From NCBI RefSeq assembly GCF_964213995.1, contig NW_027592240.1, positions 1 to 59,772 on the forward strand: 59,772 nt of DNA. Direction: 5' to 3'. The notes under the pieces were generated by a model. It did not search any database. It saw only the letters and a program-made list of their open reading frames with translations, and was not told where the DNA came from. The translations under genes were made by a program, and so were the position numbers. Origin of the DNA: Mustelus asterias. Lineage: Eukaryota. Numbering within the stretch: position 1 is the first letter of the stretch; every line of letters begins with the position of its first letter. Shown in pieces: positions 24,483 through 37,339 of this stretch.

Positions 24483-25409
24483 ATGGAGAAACAGTTGAAA
24501 TGTGGGGACTGTGGAAAGGGATCCAGTTACCCTTCTGAACTGGAAACTCATCAACGCAGTCACACTGGGGAGAGGCCGTTCACTTGTTCTGAATGTGGGA
24601 AAGGATTCACTCGACTAACCCACCTCACTGCACACCAACTTGTTCACACTGACATGAGACTTTTTAAATGTTCTGACTGTGAGAAGAGTTTTAAAACCAA
24701 ATACTATCTTTTGACACACCATCGAGTTCACACTGGGGAGAGATGGTTCGCCTGTGCTGAGTGCAGGAAGGGAGTCACTCAGTTATCCAGCCTGCAGGCA
24801 CACCGGCGAATTCACACTGGAGAGAAACCATTCATGTGCACTGAGTGTGGGAAGAGATTCACTCAGTTATCCCACCTTCTGAAACACCGGCGAGTTCACA
24901 CTGGAGAGAAACCATTCACCTGTCCTGAGTGCGGGACGGCATTCGCTCAGTTATGCAAAATGTTGGATCACCAGCGAGTTCACACTGGGGAGAGACCATT
25001 CACCTGCTCTGTGTGTGGGAAGGGATTCACTCAGTCATCCACCTTGCTGAGACACAAGTGCATTCACACTGGTGTGAGACCATTCACCTGCTCCGAGTGT
25101 GGGAAGGGATTCACCCAGTCTGCCCAACTCACTTCACACCAACGTGTTCACTCTGACACGAGACCTTTTAAATGTTCAGACTGTGAGAAGAGCTTCAAAG
25201 GCAAAATGGATCTGCTGATTCACCAGCGAGTTCACACTGGAGAGAGACCATTTATCTGCTGTGTGTGTGGGAAGCGATTCACTCAGCATTCCCTCCGGCT
25301 GAAATACCAGCACAGTCACACCAGGGAGACATTATCCATCTGCTCAGTGTGTGGGAAAGGATTCACCCGTGCGAACACCCTGCAGAAACACCAACGAGTT
25401 CACAAATGA
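24483..25409 (+). CDS. Tandem C2H2 zinc-finger protein, 11 fingers (finger 10 has H to Y)
   Basis: ccATG MEKQLKC; HTGEKPF/HTGERPF linkers; paralogous 3'UTR. Confidence 0.92.
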   Translation: MEKQLKCGDCGKGSSYPSELETHQRSHTGERPFTCSECGKGFTRLTHLTAHQLVHTDMRLFKCSDCEKSFKTKYYLLTHHRVHTGERWFACAECRKGVTQLSSLQAHRRIHTGEKPFMCTECGKRFTQLSHLLKHRRVHTGEKPFTCPECGTAFAQLCKMLDHQRVHTGERPFTCSVCGKGFTQSSTLLRHKCIHTGVRPFTCSECGKGFTQSAQLTSHQRVHSDTRPFKCSDCEKSFKGKMDLLIHQRVHTGERPFICCVCGKRFTQHSLRLKYQHSHTRETLSICSVCGKGFTRANTLQKHQRVHK

Positions 25410-25799
25410 TTACAGGAGTTGGTTTCTGCTGTTATTGCTGCTGTTAATCACAAGACTGAACCATGCTCATTCTGACAGTTAGAGTTTGTTTCGGTTGAAG
25501 TTAATAATCCTTGTAACTGCACTGGAGTTTAAGATTCTGGATATAGATTATATCAACTTTGTGTCAATCACACGTTTGCGCCCTTGATTTCTCGAGGGTA
25601 AGAGGAGACTGATTGATGTCCTGTTACCGACTGTTCCATTGTTGGTTCTTTTCTGATGTTTTGGAAGATCTGGCAAACGAAAGAGTAAGGAATGAGAGAA
25701 AGGTAAGAATTTGGGAAATGATAAACAGACTGTGACAGGAAGATAATGAAAGAGCAAATTATAGATTACATCAGTAGATGTGGTTAGACGCTACAAAAA

Positions 25800-26630
25800 T
25801 ATTAAAGGGACAAAACTAAAGGCTCTGCATCTAAACACACGTAGCTTTTGAAACACAACTGATGAACTGACAGCAGCACAAATATAAGGAAAGAATTATC
25901 AGTTGATAACCATTAGAGAGACATAGAGTGGGGCCTGAATTTGTTTCTATTCATTCATGGGATGTAGGTGTCATTGGCTCACCCAGCATTTATTGCCCAC
26001 CACTAATTGCCCCTGAGAAGTCAGTGGTGAGCTAAATATGTGTCTGTGACATTTAGGAGGGACAGGAGTCTGGGAAACGGTGGAAGGGTGTCTCTGTTGA
26101 TTATTGGCAGTATTAGCACATTAGAGAGGGATACCTAAGGTCAGGAACCAGAATGATGGAGTGGTTTGGTTTGAGATGGGGAAATGGTAAAGGCAAAATT
26201 CACTTGTGGGAGTGATGCACAGGCTTTCTAATTGTAACGACACGGTAGGACAGAGTACAAAGGAAAAGGTAATGGGAGCTTGTGGTAAAGATACAGCAAT
26301 AATCAAGAGGGATTTTAATCTACTGATAAACTGGGAAAGGCAGATGAACAAAGGTCATGTAGATGAGGAGTTCATAGAATGTTTTGGGGATAGTTTCTGG
26401 GAAGAGTACGTTTGAAAGCAGGCTTCACTCGCACTGGTATTATACAACAAGACGGGATTAATTGATGACTTCACAGTGAAAGCATCTCTAAGTGTCAGCG
26501 ATCTTAATATACATTGCTGGCTATGGGCCAAGTGCTGGTAGATGTGATTAGATGGGTGTTCAGGTGTTTCTCGTGTATTGGTGCAGACTCGATGGGCCGA
26601 AGGGCCTCTTCTGCACTCTATGATTCTATG
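25800..26630 (+). mobile_element. Old CR1 remnants (endonuclease region and tail) with an inserted LINE tail at ~25950-26035
   Basis: AIIKRDFNL (GDFN-like)...EEFIECFGDSF; gatgggccgaagggcc tail. Confidence 0.6.
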
Positions 26631-27039
26631 TATGTATTGGAGATGAGGTAATGCTGCTTAAAGAGTTAAAGGTCTGTTTCAAGAACCATCTTGTGTTTAC
26701 AAGTTGAGCTCTATTCGTGGAGATACTGAGTGCCCCTGGGGCAGGATTTTGGGAAGTTACTGTTAGTTCAGGAACCTCAGGAACATTCACACTTTTACCT
26801 GGGGTGATCCCCCAATTGAGGTGGTGAAACTTCCTCATGTATTTCACAGGTAAATCTTTTTCTTTTAAATAAACATTGTTATTATTTGCCATTTCAGGGT
26901 CCTGTCTTGCCTGATGGTAAACTCTCTTTTGAACTGAAGTGTTTTTGAGTCAATCTGGAACTGAGTAATTAGGCTCATGCAACCAAGTTAAACTGAATCT
27001 ACATTTTAATTGTCTGCCCTTTAAACTTGACAGAGAATC

Positions 27040-27520
27040 TCAAGATGATGCAAGAAAGATTCACAAGAATGATACCAGAACTGAGAGTGCTTTTAAGTTA
27101 ATGGAGAGACGAAACAGGTTGGGAATGTTTTCGTAGAATCATAGAATCCCTACAGTGCAGAAGGAGGCCCATTGAGTCTGCGCCGACTCTCTGACAATGC
27201 ATCTACCTCATGCCCTATCCCCATAGCTTCATGTATTCACCCTGCTAATCCCCCTAATCTACACATTTTTGGACACTAAGGGGCAATTCACCATGGCCAA
27301 TTCAACTAACCTACACATCTTTGGACTGTGGGAGGAAATTAGAGACCTGGAGGAAACCCACACAGAGAAGGGGCAAACATGCATATCCCACACTCACCCA
27401 AGGCCTGGGGTTCCTGGTGCTGTGAGGCAGCAATGCTAGCCACTGTCCCACCATGCCACCCTATTCTCTGGAAAAGCCAAGGCTGAGTGCTGACCTGATA
27501 GAGATTATGAATGTATATGG
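27040..27520. mobile_element. CR1 fragment (+) containing an older HE1 (-, ~27135-27462)
   Basis: agattcacaagaatgatacc...ggctgagtgctgacctgatagag split by SINE sequence. Confidence 0.75.
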
Positions 27521-27749
27521 CAGGATTGAAGTTATCAAGTAATCAAGTACAGGATACAAAATCAGAACTGAAAATTCTGGTTATCATTAGGCATGTTTGT
27601 CCCATTCAAACTATAAATCTCTGTCCTCTCACACCCACCTTCCTCCCCATTGATTGTTCCACGAATTCATCCTTTTCTCCTCCTGCTTTCTTTTTCAATT
27701 CCCTGCTGCAATTAGACTTTTGAATGGACCTAACATGTCTTAAATTAAT

Positions 27750-27912
27750 CTTTCTCAACGCCCTAGCTATGACTGTAGCACTACATTCTGCACCTTCTCC
27801 TTTCCTTCTCCCCATGTACTCTATGAACGATATGTTTTGTCTTTATAATGTGCAAGAAGCAATACTTTTCATTGTATCCCAATACATGTGACAATAATAA
27901 ATCAAATCAACT
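27750..27912 (+). mobile_element. Rex1 3' tail
   Basis: ccctagctatgactgt...aataaatcaaatc as at 7520-7658. Confidence 0.8.
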
Positions 27913-28179
27913 CTTCTCCACTTTATGTGCTAACTCTCGGTTTCAATTTCAGACTACCTCTTGCCCTCCTTAGTATCTCACCCCAATTTCAGACTACCTC
28001 TTGCCCTCCCTAGTGTCTCACCCCAAAATTTCAATCTTTATGCCTGAAGGCGAACTGTTTTGCTAATGGGGCATCAATATATAATCTAGTGACTACCCAC
28101 ATGTGCTTTGTTTCTGGGTGCAGTCACTCCCACCTCCACCTTTCATCCCAGTCCCAGGAGTTTGGAGACTGGGCTCCAG

Positions 28180-28450
28180 AGGAGTAATGGCGGTCGCATC
28201 CCCCACAATGCCTCGCGCTGGGGAAATCGCTCAATAGCCCGGGCTCGAATCTGCGCATGTCCAAGAGAAAGGGGAATCCGCGCATGTGCGGAAATGTTTC
28301 TGAACCCTGCTGAGGCGTTGACCAATGGAAATTCTTGGAAGACCGGAAGGACTCTGGTCCTCCAGCCAATCAGAGCGCGGTCTTTGTGACAATGCAGGTT
28401 GAGCTTCAGACGGACTCAAACTTCCTCCAAAGAGGCCAAGATCTGTGAGT
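28180..28450 (+). promoter_or_regulatory. Promoter and non-coding exon 1 of zinc-finger gene 29952
   Basis: ZNF143-like cccacaatgcctcgc, NRF1-like gcgcatgt twice, two CCAAT boxes; donor atct|GTGAGT at 28445. Confidence 0.7.
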
Positions 28451-29951
28451 GAAACACTTTCCTTTCTCCCCCTTTCCATTTCTTTTCTCATTCTGGGGGA
28501 AATTGGGGACTTGCAGCAACTGAAGGGAAACGAAGTGAATCCAGGGAGGCTGCAGACTCTGGAAAGGTTGGCCCAGGTCTCTCTCTCTCTGAAAGACATT
28601 GACATCCTTTTGCTCCCTCAGCTTGACACATTTATTTGTCTGGCTAAAAGGATGGTCTCGTTCCTAATGTTCACAATTAAAGGGCTGGTTTCTTCAGGAG
28701 ATAGTTGACATTTAAGAGGAATATAGTAAGGTTTGGCATGTTTGGATATGTTTGGTGTAATCTGGTGTAAATTTATGATTCTTTGTGGGACAGTAATTTT
28801 ATATAGGTCAGTGTTATGTCTAATTTTGTTGTTAGGTTCATATTAGATATATTATTTATGGTTTGGTGATAAATTTCATTTATTGTTATTTCAAATTTGT
28901 AATATAGCACTGTGGTGACATACCTTTCCAGTCATTGATTAATTACAGCACAGAAAATGTTCATTCGAGTCCGTGCTGACTCTCTGTAGAGCAATCCAGC
29001 CAGTCCCATTCTCCCTCTGTACCCCTGTATCTCACAAGATTATTTCCTTCCGTTGTCCATCCAGTTGAGTTTGAAATCTTGGATCATCTCTAATTCCAGC
29101 ATTCTCATAAGCAGCGAGTTTGTGTTTGTAAACACTCAGCACCTTAATGAAGTTCTTACTGACCTGGTCATGAATCTCTGAGCAAGTAATACAGCAGTGT
29201 TTATTCAACACATGTTTTCCTCCAGAATCTGTACCTATGGGTTGGGTTTGTATTGAGTCTAGCAGTCTGCATCAAGGTTTTCAGGTCTCCAGGTCAGGAA
29301 GCAGTGAGTAGGGGTCTGCCACTCAGCATCAATCAGCACCTTCAGGAGAATTGTGAGGGTGTATATTAGATACAGCAGAGTGAGAGCAGAGGGAATATGT
29401 GAGATTGAGGTTTACAACTTTTGGTGAACAAAATAGGAATGAATGTTCAACTGAAACTAGAATCGTGTGTTCTGAATTTCTCTGCTGTTCTGACAGTGCT
29501 GACTTTTCTAAATTCCTTTTATAGGTTTTGAGAAGGAGAAGATTTGCAATAGAAATCTGAAACCAAATGTCACACCGAGACCTGACACTTTCACTTGATT
29601 CAAAAGGACCTGAATATCATCGCTCTTTCAGTCTCGAATTGAGTTGAAGTATGTACAGATGGAGGGCGTTGATTGGATCATTATATGAGTGTGTATGAAA
29701 AAAGCGTGTATAAAGAAATGGTGTTCTGTCTGCGTCAAAAGGTTTAAATATGTGACTGGAAAAGCATCGAGACACACAGATCTGAGTGAGAGTGTACCAG
29801 CAAACTGACTGTGGAAAGACCATTAACCAATTACACACCCTGAAATAAATATCACACCATTCACAGCGAGGAGAAACCATACTCGTTTTGTGTGTGTGGA
29901 CAAGGCTTCAATTGATCATCAAACCTGGAGAGACACAAGGACACCCGCACC

Positions 29952-30581
29952 ATGGAGAAACCGTGGAAATGTGGGGACTGTGGGAAGGGATTCAAAGCTC
30001 CATCTCAACTGGAAATTCACCGACACATCCACACTGGGAAAAGACCTTTTACCTACTTTGAGTGTGGGAAGAGATTCACTCAGTCATTGCACCTGCAGAC
30101 ACACAAGCGAGTTCATAGTGGGGAGAGGCCACTCACCTGCACTGAGTGTGGGAAGGGATTCAAGGATTCATCTACCCTGCGGACACACCAGCGAGTTCAC
30201 ACCAGGAAGAGACCATTCACCTGTGCTGAGTGTGGGAAAGGATTCACTCAGTTATCCAACTTGCTGACACACCAGCGAATCCACACTGGAGAGAGACCAT
30301 TCATCTGCTCTGAGTGTGGGAAAGCATTCACTGAGTCATCCTGTCTGCTGACACATCAACGCAGTCACACCAGGAAGAGGCTGTTCACCTGCGCTGAGTG
30401 TGGGAAGGGATCCACACGGTCACCTCATCTACTGACACACCAGCGAGTTCACACTGGGGAGAGGCCATTCACTTGCTCCGTATGTGGGAAGGGATTCACT
30501 CAGTCATCCAACCTGCTGACACACCAGCGAGTTCACAGCAGGAAGAACCCATTCACCTGCTCCAAGAGAAGGATTCATTGA
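29952..30581 (+). CDS. Tandem C2H2 zinc-finger protein, ~7 fingers, truncated by frameshift
   Basis: MEKPWKC start; decayed fingers continue to ~30785; acceptor at 29524. Confidence 0.8.
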   Translation: MEKPWKCGDCGKGFKAPSQLEIHRHIHTGKRPFTYFECGKRFTQSLHLQTHKRVHSGERPLTCTECGKGFKDSSTLRTHQRVHTRKRPFTCAECGKGFTQLSNLLTHQRIHTGERPFICSECGKAFTESSCLLTHQRSHTRKRLFTCAECGKGSTRSPHLLTHQRVHTGERPFTCSVCGKGFTQSSNLLTHQRVHSRKNPFTCSKRRIH

Positions 30582-30802
30582 GTCATCCAGTCTGCTAAAA
30601 TACCAATGTGGTCGCACTGGGGAAAGACCTTTGATGTGTTTTGTTTATGAGGAGAGATTCACTGATTCATCCAACCTGCTGAGACACCAGCAAGTCCACA
30701 TTGAGGAGAGGCCATTCCCCTGCTCTGAGTTTAGGGAAGGTCATCAGTCATCCAACTTGCTGACACACCAACAAGTTCACACCGCTTAGAGACCTTTTTT
30801 TA

Positions 30803-31075
30803 ATCACAGAATTCCTACAGTGCAGAAGGAGGTCACTTGGCCCATTGAGTCTGCACCGACCACAATCCCAACCAGGCCCCACTCCAGTAAACCTACACAT
30901 TTACCCTGCCAATCCCCCTGACGCTACGGGGCAATTTACCACGGCCAATCAACCTAACCCGCACATCTTTAGAAGATGGGAGGAAATCGGAGCACCTGGA
31001 GGAAACCCACACAGACACGAGGAGAACATGCAAACTCCACACAGTCACCCGAGGCTGGAATTGAACCCGGATTCC
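30803..31075 (-). mobile_element. HE1 SINE, partial
   Basis: HE1 tail and core on reverse strand. Confidence 0.85.
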
Positions 31076-31090
31076 TGCCCTGACTATGGG

Positions 31091-32715
31091 TGTTAATTGA
31101 ATCAATTGAGTTTAAGAATGTACAGATGGAGGGCTTTGATCAAATAATTATATGAGTATGTTTGAAGAAAGTATGTATAAAGAGTTGGGAGTTAAATCTA
31201 TTCCAAGTAAAGATTGGTTCCAGTTTCTTCCTTCACCATAAGGCTGTTAGGATTATAACATGGTAACAGAGAATGTTTGTCCAATGGTGAAGTTTGGAAA
31301 CTGGAGGAAAGTATATTTCAGACAGAAGTTTACAATCCCAGCAGCTTTTGTGAGAGATGAAAGCCAGTGGGAATTGTCAGGGCCTGATTACCCACCGATG
31401 TTCTCGGAGCCTGAACCATACGACCAGTGGAAGAATGAAGTGGAGATGTGGACACGGGTTCCATCCCTAACAATGAGAAAACAAGGTCTGGCCTTGGCAT
31501 TGCCACTGTCTAACGAAAGGAAAATTGGCAGCAAAACATTTTCTGAGCTGGAAATCCACTGATCAAGGTTTGGATCTTTTACTCGGTTTCATTGATGAGA
31601 TTTACAAGAAAGATGATCTGATGGGTGCCTGTGAAGCATAGTCAGACTTTGTCAAGTTTTGAATGAGGGTGTAAGTATATTTAGCAGATCTGGATATCAC
31701 AAAAAAGACAGGATTGGAAAAGCACTAATAGGTGAATGAATCTCAGGAATGACGGGGAAACAGATACCGTGAAATTCCCCTGGTCGTCGCAGTCCGGCGC
31801 CTGTTCGGGTCAATGCACCTAACCAGCACGTCTATCAGAACGTGGGAGGAAACCGGAGCACCCGGAGGAAACCCACTCAGACATGGGGAGAACATGCAAA
31901 CTCCACAGAGACAGTGACCCAAGCCGGGAATCGAACCCGGGTCCCTGGCACTGAGGCAAAAGTGCTAACCAGTGTGCTACCCTTCCGTCCCAGAGATAAA
32001 GACCGTAACCAGTCTTAAAGCTACGCAAACAATTTTCTTATCCTTGTTAAAGATTAAAAATCCCGCAAAAAGATGCAGGAGAGTTGATGAAGAGTATCTG
32101 AGGCTCAGAGAACAGACTAATGCAAAGTGTGGAATGTGTGAAAAGTATTGAAGGATGCTGTCACATCCGATTGTAAAGCTGCCCTTGGCACATGACCTTA
32201 ACGAGGTATTTACGTGGATCTAAAGGTATGAGACAAAGACAGAAATATTTTCATTCTACACATGATCGACATGGTGACCCAATTTAGTCTTTCTCCAATA
32301 ATACATGGCAAGGACAAAAGGATGATTCTAGACCAAGTGATGGAGAAGTGGACAGGGACTGGACCTGGGGCACCAGCTAAGTTTCTGACTGATAATGGAG
32401 GGGAATTTGTTAATGATGAGTTTTGAGACGTGTGTGAAAACATGAACATTCTGGTCATGAACACGGCAGCTGAAAGTCCTTTCAGTGATGGACTCTGTGA
32501 AAGGAATCACACGGTGATCGATGAAATGCTGCAGAAAATCTCAGCTGATCAGCCAAACTGCAAGTTGATAACTGCACTGGCCTGGACGATTCAGGGAAAG
32601 AATTCACTTCAGGTGGTTGGAGGGTAGAATCCCTGTTAATTGGTCTATGGGAGAAATCCCAAATTACCCTCTGTGCTGGGCGATCGCCCTCCTGCTTTAG
32701 AAGGGACGACAATTA
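31091..32715 (+). mobile_element. Ty1/copia (GalEa-like) LTR retrotransposon remnant
   Basis: Putative LTR TG...CA 31091-31260; PBS-like TGGTAACAGAG at 31261; gag DYPPMFSEPEPYDQWKNEVEMW; integrase FLTDNGGEF...TAAESPFSDGLCERNH...ALAW. Confidence 0.7.
31770..31990 (-). mobile_element. V-SINE (non-HER1 tail type) inserted in the copia remnant
   Basis: SINE head and core on reverse strand. Confidence 0.8.
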
Positions 32716-32864
32716 GTATAAATTTTATTCATAATATCAGATTGTTTCATTAAAGTAAGTGCTCGAGCTAAGAAATTATTGTGGATCCTAGAACAGCAGT
32801 GTCCTATAATGTAATACTTTGTACATTTTTTTTCTTTGACTCATTGTGAAATATGTTGCTGTGT

Positions 32865-34165
32865 ATTGTTCTGATCCTAATCAGGATTGTTAATGTTTAA
32901 AGAGAAACTCAAATACCCAGTGATTAACAAAGAATTGCAACACAAGATTCCACATTTTTAAACAAGAACAAAATTTATACAACAAAATATTAAAAGCCAG
33001 CACCATGAACATAGCATAAGTCTTTCAATGATCAGATTATTTCATGAAGAGAATATTAACAACTTATTGTGGTTCTGAGGAGAGGGGTGTCTTTATATGT
33101 AATGCTTTGTACAAAAGGAGGAAAGTCACATTTTTTCTTCTTTGCTTTGCTCTGAAACATTGTTTGTGTGGATGTTTTGTGATCCCGGTCGGGATAATTA
33201 AAATTTAAAGAAAATTGTGAACACCCAGTGACTAACTAAAAGAATTACATGAAAAGATTTAACATTTTTAAACAAAAACAAACTTTACTGTGGATCTCAA
33301 ACAAAATAAAATTTAAGAATACAGCACTACAAACTGAATACTGTAGTCAATAAAGACTTATGGTCTAAACCTGTTTTTTAACCTCACCCCAAAAGTTTTT
33401 CTTTATACTTAATGATATCTTGAAAGTTCAATTATGTTCCTGGGACTCTCAAAGGAATGTCAAAGCTCTGCAGAATTCACTTTAATTTTCCTCACTTTTC
33501 CAGCTATTCTCCAGGCTCCAAGATTTTACGGAGGGCCTTTCCATTAGCTTTTGGCTAAACAATTCTCCAATTTTCCTTTGAGACCTCAAAACTGTAGACT
33601 CCTCAGTCCAACCGTGGGCTTCGCTGCTTTCTTGCTGAGGGATTTAAACATTGGGGACACCCCTGATTCCCAATGACCCAGTGGCTTCTGGTCCCACAGC
33701 TGGTTCACAGCTCCTGGTTCCATAGCTGACGGCCTCCAAGCTAACTGCAGACTGCTTGCTTTCTGTGAGAAACACCCAGAATTCCAACCAGGGCTCACTT
33801 ATCCCCGTGCTAACACATCTGTTGGGATGTCTGATAGATATTTAGCTTCAAAACTAAACCTTTTTTTCCTGAGGTCTGCATGAAGAATTCCGTTCTCTAA
33901 CAAAGACAGGGCACTAACTGTCAGAACCAAAGTCTCCAGGTCTCCAGCTAAAAGAGCCCAGCTGCCCTTTTACACTTCTCACCCTTCGAGTTTTGACATC
34001 TTAAACCAACATTGGCCACGTCTTGTGAATGTGAATCCCCTTAGGGTGTTTCTGTCAGATTCTCAGTGCAGGTTTTCCATTTACCTTAAGTTTTAAAAAA
34101 AGCAATTGTTGAACTAATTCATACTTCTAAAACATCGGAATTATGAAATTAGATCTTTGCAACAC
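32865..34165 (-). repeat. Unclassified LTR-like repeats (two related starts at ~32867 and ~33173)
   Basis: Duplicated cccagtga...aagaatt...cattttta aacaa blocks; no ORF. Confidence 0.35.
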
Positions 34166-35029
34166 CTTCCCCATGAAGAAATGAAAATGTATCATCCTCG
34201 TATTATCCCATTTGAAACATTACAATGTAGACTCGAAAGATTGGCTCTTCTCTCTCCCGATAGATGCTGTCAGACCTGCTGAGATTTGCCAGCATTTTGT
34301 GTTTTTGTTTCAGATTCCAGCATCCACAGTATTTTGCTTTTAACAATGTACAACATGCTGTATATCTAAATAGTTGTGATCTTATCAAATGGTGAAGCAG
34401 GCTCAAAGAGCCAAATGGCCAACTCCCGTTCCAAAGTCTAATGTTTAATTACCCTATAACCTGCAATAGACATAATAATCCCCCCCATTGTCCACTTCAC
34501 AGTCACAAGTCCAGCTTGGTAACAGCACACTGCTGGGTTCCATGTCCAGGAATCTCAGTCCACTGAAGATAGAAAATATTATTGGTTTCAGTGTTTTCTG
34601 AAGTTTTTCTTCTTATAATAATTATTGTGCAAAGTTCCTCCTGCAAGAGGAGAGTCCTCATTGCTGTTCATCTGTGAATTTTCAACTTCAGTTTTGAAAA
34701 CAGTCTGTTCAGAGTGCACGTTTTGAACTTTACTTTCTTCCATGTTTGCAGTTTCTCCATTGTTTAAATCCAGAGAGAATATTCCAGTCAATTCCACATT
34801 GAAATGTCTTCTTCTTGCTCTGTTGTAGCTGCAGCTTCATTTTTAATTTCATTTCCCAGAATCTCACATTCTGGATTCTCTTTTGGAGAGAGCAAGTTCA
34901 AAATGGCTTCTTTTTGTGTCAACAACTCTTTCCTTCATTGGACAAAATCTTCTTCAGCCAAACTGTTGTTAAAATGCATTTTATGTTCAAGCAAAAATGT
35001 TGACCATTCCCATCTGGAGACTATGTGAT

Positions 35030-36300
35030 CTCGGGCTTCAGAAACTGAGGAATTGAGAACAAAAGCAGGGAGGTTATGCTGATAGTTTCTAAAGCTCTGG
35101 GTGAGGCCACAACAGAACACTGAGCCCAGTTCTGGTCACCACACATTTGGAAGGACGTGAGGGTCCTTGAGAGAGTGCAGAGGAGATTTACCGGGATGGT
35201 TCCAGGAATGAGGAATTTTATCCACAAGGCTAGGCTGGAGAAGCTGGGGTTGTTCTCCTTGGAGAAAAGGAGATGGAGGGGAGATTTGCTCAAGGTGTAA
35301 AAAATTAAAATAGGATTAAATAATGTGAGAAGGTAAAGTGATGTGAGTAATGTAATGTGAGAAGGTGGGGCGGCACGATGGCACAGTGGTTAGCACTGCT
35401 GCTTCACAGCTCCAGGGACCTGGGTTCGATTCCCGGCTTGGGTGACTGTCTGTGTGGAGTTTGCACATTCTCCTCGTGTCTGCATGGGTTTCCTCCGGGT
35501 GCTCCAGTTTCCTCCCACAGTCCAAAGATGCTAAAATTGTCCCTTAGTGTCCTGAGATGTGTAGGTTAGAAGATTAGCAGGTAAATATGTAGGGATATGG
35601 GGGTACGGCCTGGGTGGGATTGTGGTCGGTGCAGACTCGATGGACCAAATGGCCTCTTTCTGCACTGTAGGGTTTCTATGATTCTATGATAAAGCTGTTC
35701 CCATTAGCTGATGGTGCAAGGATAAGGATGCGAGAGATGCAGGGGGATGTGAGAAAGGGATGTTTTATGCAATGAGTGGGAATGAGCTGGAACTCACTGC
35801 CTGTGAGGGTGGTGGAAGCAGAGACAATGAACGATTTAACAAGGAAAATGGACGGACACTTGCAGGAAATAGAACTGAAAGGATAAAGGGATAGAACGGG
35901 GCAATGGGACTGACCGGTTTACCCCATGAGAATAATCCCGGAACTGAGAGCATTTAACCCTCTGAAAACGCCGGTGTTACTTTTCTCTGGAAAACTGAAG
36001 ACTGACGGAAGTCTTCAAGATTATGAAGGGGTTCAATAATCCAGTACGGATTTAATGAGAAATCTCTTTACCAGCGAGTGGTGAGAATGTGGAACTCACT
36101 CCCACAGCGAGTGGTTGAGGTGAACAGCATGAACACATTGAAGGGGAAGCTAGATACATACATGAGGGAGAGAGGAATAGAAGGATATGCTGATGGGGGG
36201 GGGAGATGAAGAGGGGTGGGTGGAGGCTCATGTGGAGCATAAATACTGACACAGACCAATTGAGCCGACTGGCCCGGCCCTGTGTTGTAGACTCACTGGA
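35030..36300 (+). mobile_element. CR1 3' fragments with HE1 inserted at 35367-35690
   Basis: gagagtgcagaggagatttacc...ggagaagctggggttgttctcc; full HE1 inside. Confidence 0.85.
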
Positions 36301-36580
36301 ACAGAGACAAATGTATTTATTTTAGAGCTACTTGAAGGAGAAGTAGGATTTACTATCCAGGATAAAATAAATGTCCTTCATCAGCTTGTGTGGTTCATTT
36401 GTGGAAATGTGCTCTCCCAGCCCACTGGAAGCAAAGTCGTGAGAAAGACCAATCCAGCAGAGCTGGACCTTCTGATCCAGGATCTTCTGATCCTCCCAAT
36501 TCACCAACTGTCAGAATGAACATGGTTCAGTCCTGGGTGTGATTAACAGCAGCAATAGCAGCAGAATCCAATCCCTGTCA

Positions 36581-37339
36581 TCACTTGTGAACTCGCTGGT
36601 GGTTGCGCAGGTAGATTGACCGACTGAATCTCTTCCCACACTCAGAGCAGGTGAATGTCCTCTCCGCAGTGTGAAGACGCTGGTGTATCTGCAGGCTGGA
36701 TGAATCAATGAATGCTTTCCCACACTCAGAGCAGGTGGGTGGCCACTCCCCAGTGTGAATCCGCTGGTGTGCCTTCAGGAAAGATGACCGACTGAACCCC
36801 TTTCCACACTCAGAGCAGGTAAACGGTCTCTCTTTGGTGTGAACTCGTTGGTGTATCCGCAGGCTTGATGAGTCAATGAATGCCTTCCCACACTCAGTAC
36901 AGGTGAACGGCCTCTCCCCAGTGTGAACGCGTTGGTGTATCCGCAGGTTGGAGGAGTGAGAGAATCCCTTTCCACAATCAGAGCAGGTGAACGGCTTCTC
37001 CCCGGTGTGAACTCGCTGGTGTGCCTGCAAGTGAGATAACCGACTGAATCCCATCTCACACTCAGAGCAAGTGAATGGCCTTTCCCCAGTGTGAATCCGC
37101 TGGTGTGTCAGCAGATCAGATGAAGTAGTGAAGGTCTTCCCACACTCGGAGCAGGTGAACGGCCTCTCCTTGGTGTGAACCCGCTGGTGTCTCAGCAGGT
37201 GGGATGAATGAGTGAATCCCTGACCACAATAACAGCAGGTGAACGGTCTCTCCCCAGTGTGACTGCGTCGATGAATTTCCAGCTGAGACGGGGATTTGAA
37301 TCCCTTCCCACAATCCCCACATTTCCACGGTTTCTCCAT
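36581..37339 (-). CDS. Tandem C2H2 zinc-finger protein, 9 fingers
   Basis: caccATG MEKPWKC at 37339; acceptor ttttacag with exon starting at 37668; paralogous 3'UTR at 36500-36583. Confidence 0.92.
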   Translation of the reverse strand: MEKPWKCGDCGKGFKSPSQLEIHRRSHTGERPFTCCYCGQGFTHSSHLLRHQRVHTKERPFTCSECGKTFTTSSDLLTHQRIHTGERPFTCSECEMGFSRLSHLQAHQRVHTGEKPFTCSDCGKGFSHSSNLRIHQRVHTGERPFTCTECGKAFIDSSSLRIHQRVHTKERPFTCSECGKGFSRSSFLKAHQRIHTGEWPPTCSECGKAFIDSSSLQIHQRLHTAERTFTCSECGKRFSRSIYLRNHQRVHK

